Assembly: GCA_963850555.1 (NCBI GenBank)
Contig: CAWKLT010000002.1
Span: 19,725 to 83,724, forward strand
Source of the DNA: an uncultured Chloroflexia bacterium
GTDB lineage: Bacteria; Chloroflexota; Limnocylindria; Limnocylindrales; CSP1-4
DNA length: 64,000 bases
Reading direction: 5' to 3'
Positions within the stretch are counted from its first letter, which is position 1, and the number at the start of each line of letters is the position of its first letter. The notes under the pieces are model-generated. The model was not told the DNA's origin, did no database searches, and was given only the letters and a program-made list of their open reading frames with translations. This document shows positions 63,937 to 64,000 of this stretch, piece after piece. The position numbers and the translations under genes were made by a program.

Positions 63937-63958
63937 CTCCGGCGTGGCCGAAGCCGGG

Positions 63959-64000
63959 CTAGGTGGACTTCTCGTCGATGTAGTCGACGGCGTCCTGGAC
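63959..64000 (-). CDS. acpP: 3' end of a probable acyl carrier protein gene (rest lies beyond the window)
   Basis: The minus frame reads ...VQDAVDYIDEKST then TAG (63961-63959), resembling the ACP C-terminus (E. coli ...TVQAAIDYINGHQA). acpP-rnc adjacency is conserved in Firmicutes-type synteny. Only 13 codons are visible. Confidence 0.45.
   Translation of the reverse strand, partial: VQDAVDYIDEKST

Overview
This is a very GC-rich (about 70% by eye, not computed) chromosomal core segment from a Gram-positive-type bacterium (Actinomycetota/Chloroflexota-like; lineage not determinable here). I support about 60 protein-coding genes, more than 85% on the minus strand. I saw no rRNA, tRNA, CRISPR array, transposase or integrase. 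From 64 kb down to 15 kb the minus strand carries a near-continuous chain of conserved housekeeping operons: (acpP)-rnc-smc-ftsY | ffh | rpsP-KH-rimM-trmD | rplS-rnhB-yraN | rpsB-tsf-pyrH-frr-uppS-cdsA-dxr-rseP-ispG | nusA-ylxR-infB-rbfA-nrnA-truB-ribF | rpsO-pnp | asd-udg-rnj-ftsK-rodZ-cinA-murC-like. Many of these genes are joined by 1-4 nt NTGA overlaps. A few lineage-specific insertions interrupt the chain: GH63 glucosidase + MFS, a DUF3352-like gene, a TPR + Imm5-like pair between trmD and rplS, and a PduO adenosyltransferase. Bases 1-15 kb hold ordinary accessory and metabolic genes: YcaQ-like, MFS, PLP decarboxylase, oxidoreductase, triple-rhodanese sulfurtransferase, GNAT, MBL hydrolase, pirin, methyltransferase and a TPP enzyme. 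Main observations: (1) pnp encodes a PNPase with a complete DEDDh (DnaQ/RNase T-type) 3'-5' exonuclease domain inserted between its two RNase PH domains, partly hidden from the ORF track. (2) About 25 single-base frame breaks hit roughly 19 genes, including essential ones, which fits indel errors in the sequence better than pseudogenes. (3) Several candidate cis-regulatory RNAs and sites are present: a terminator-containing leader upstream of the sulfurtransferase, a promoter-plus-terminator leader in front of nusA, an anti-SD hairpin in the rpsO-pnp spacer, a recurring TAYACT-CCGC promoter motif, and a perfect palindromic operator at the pirin promoter. All family assignments come from reading motifs in the translations. 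No database search was run.
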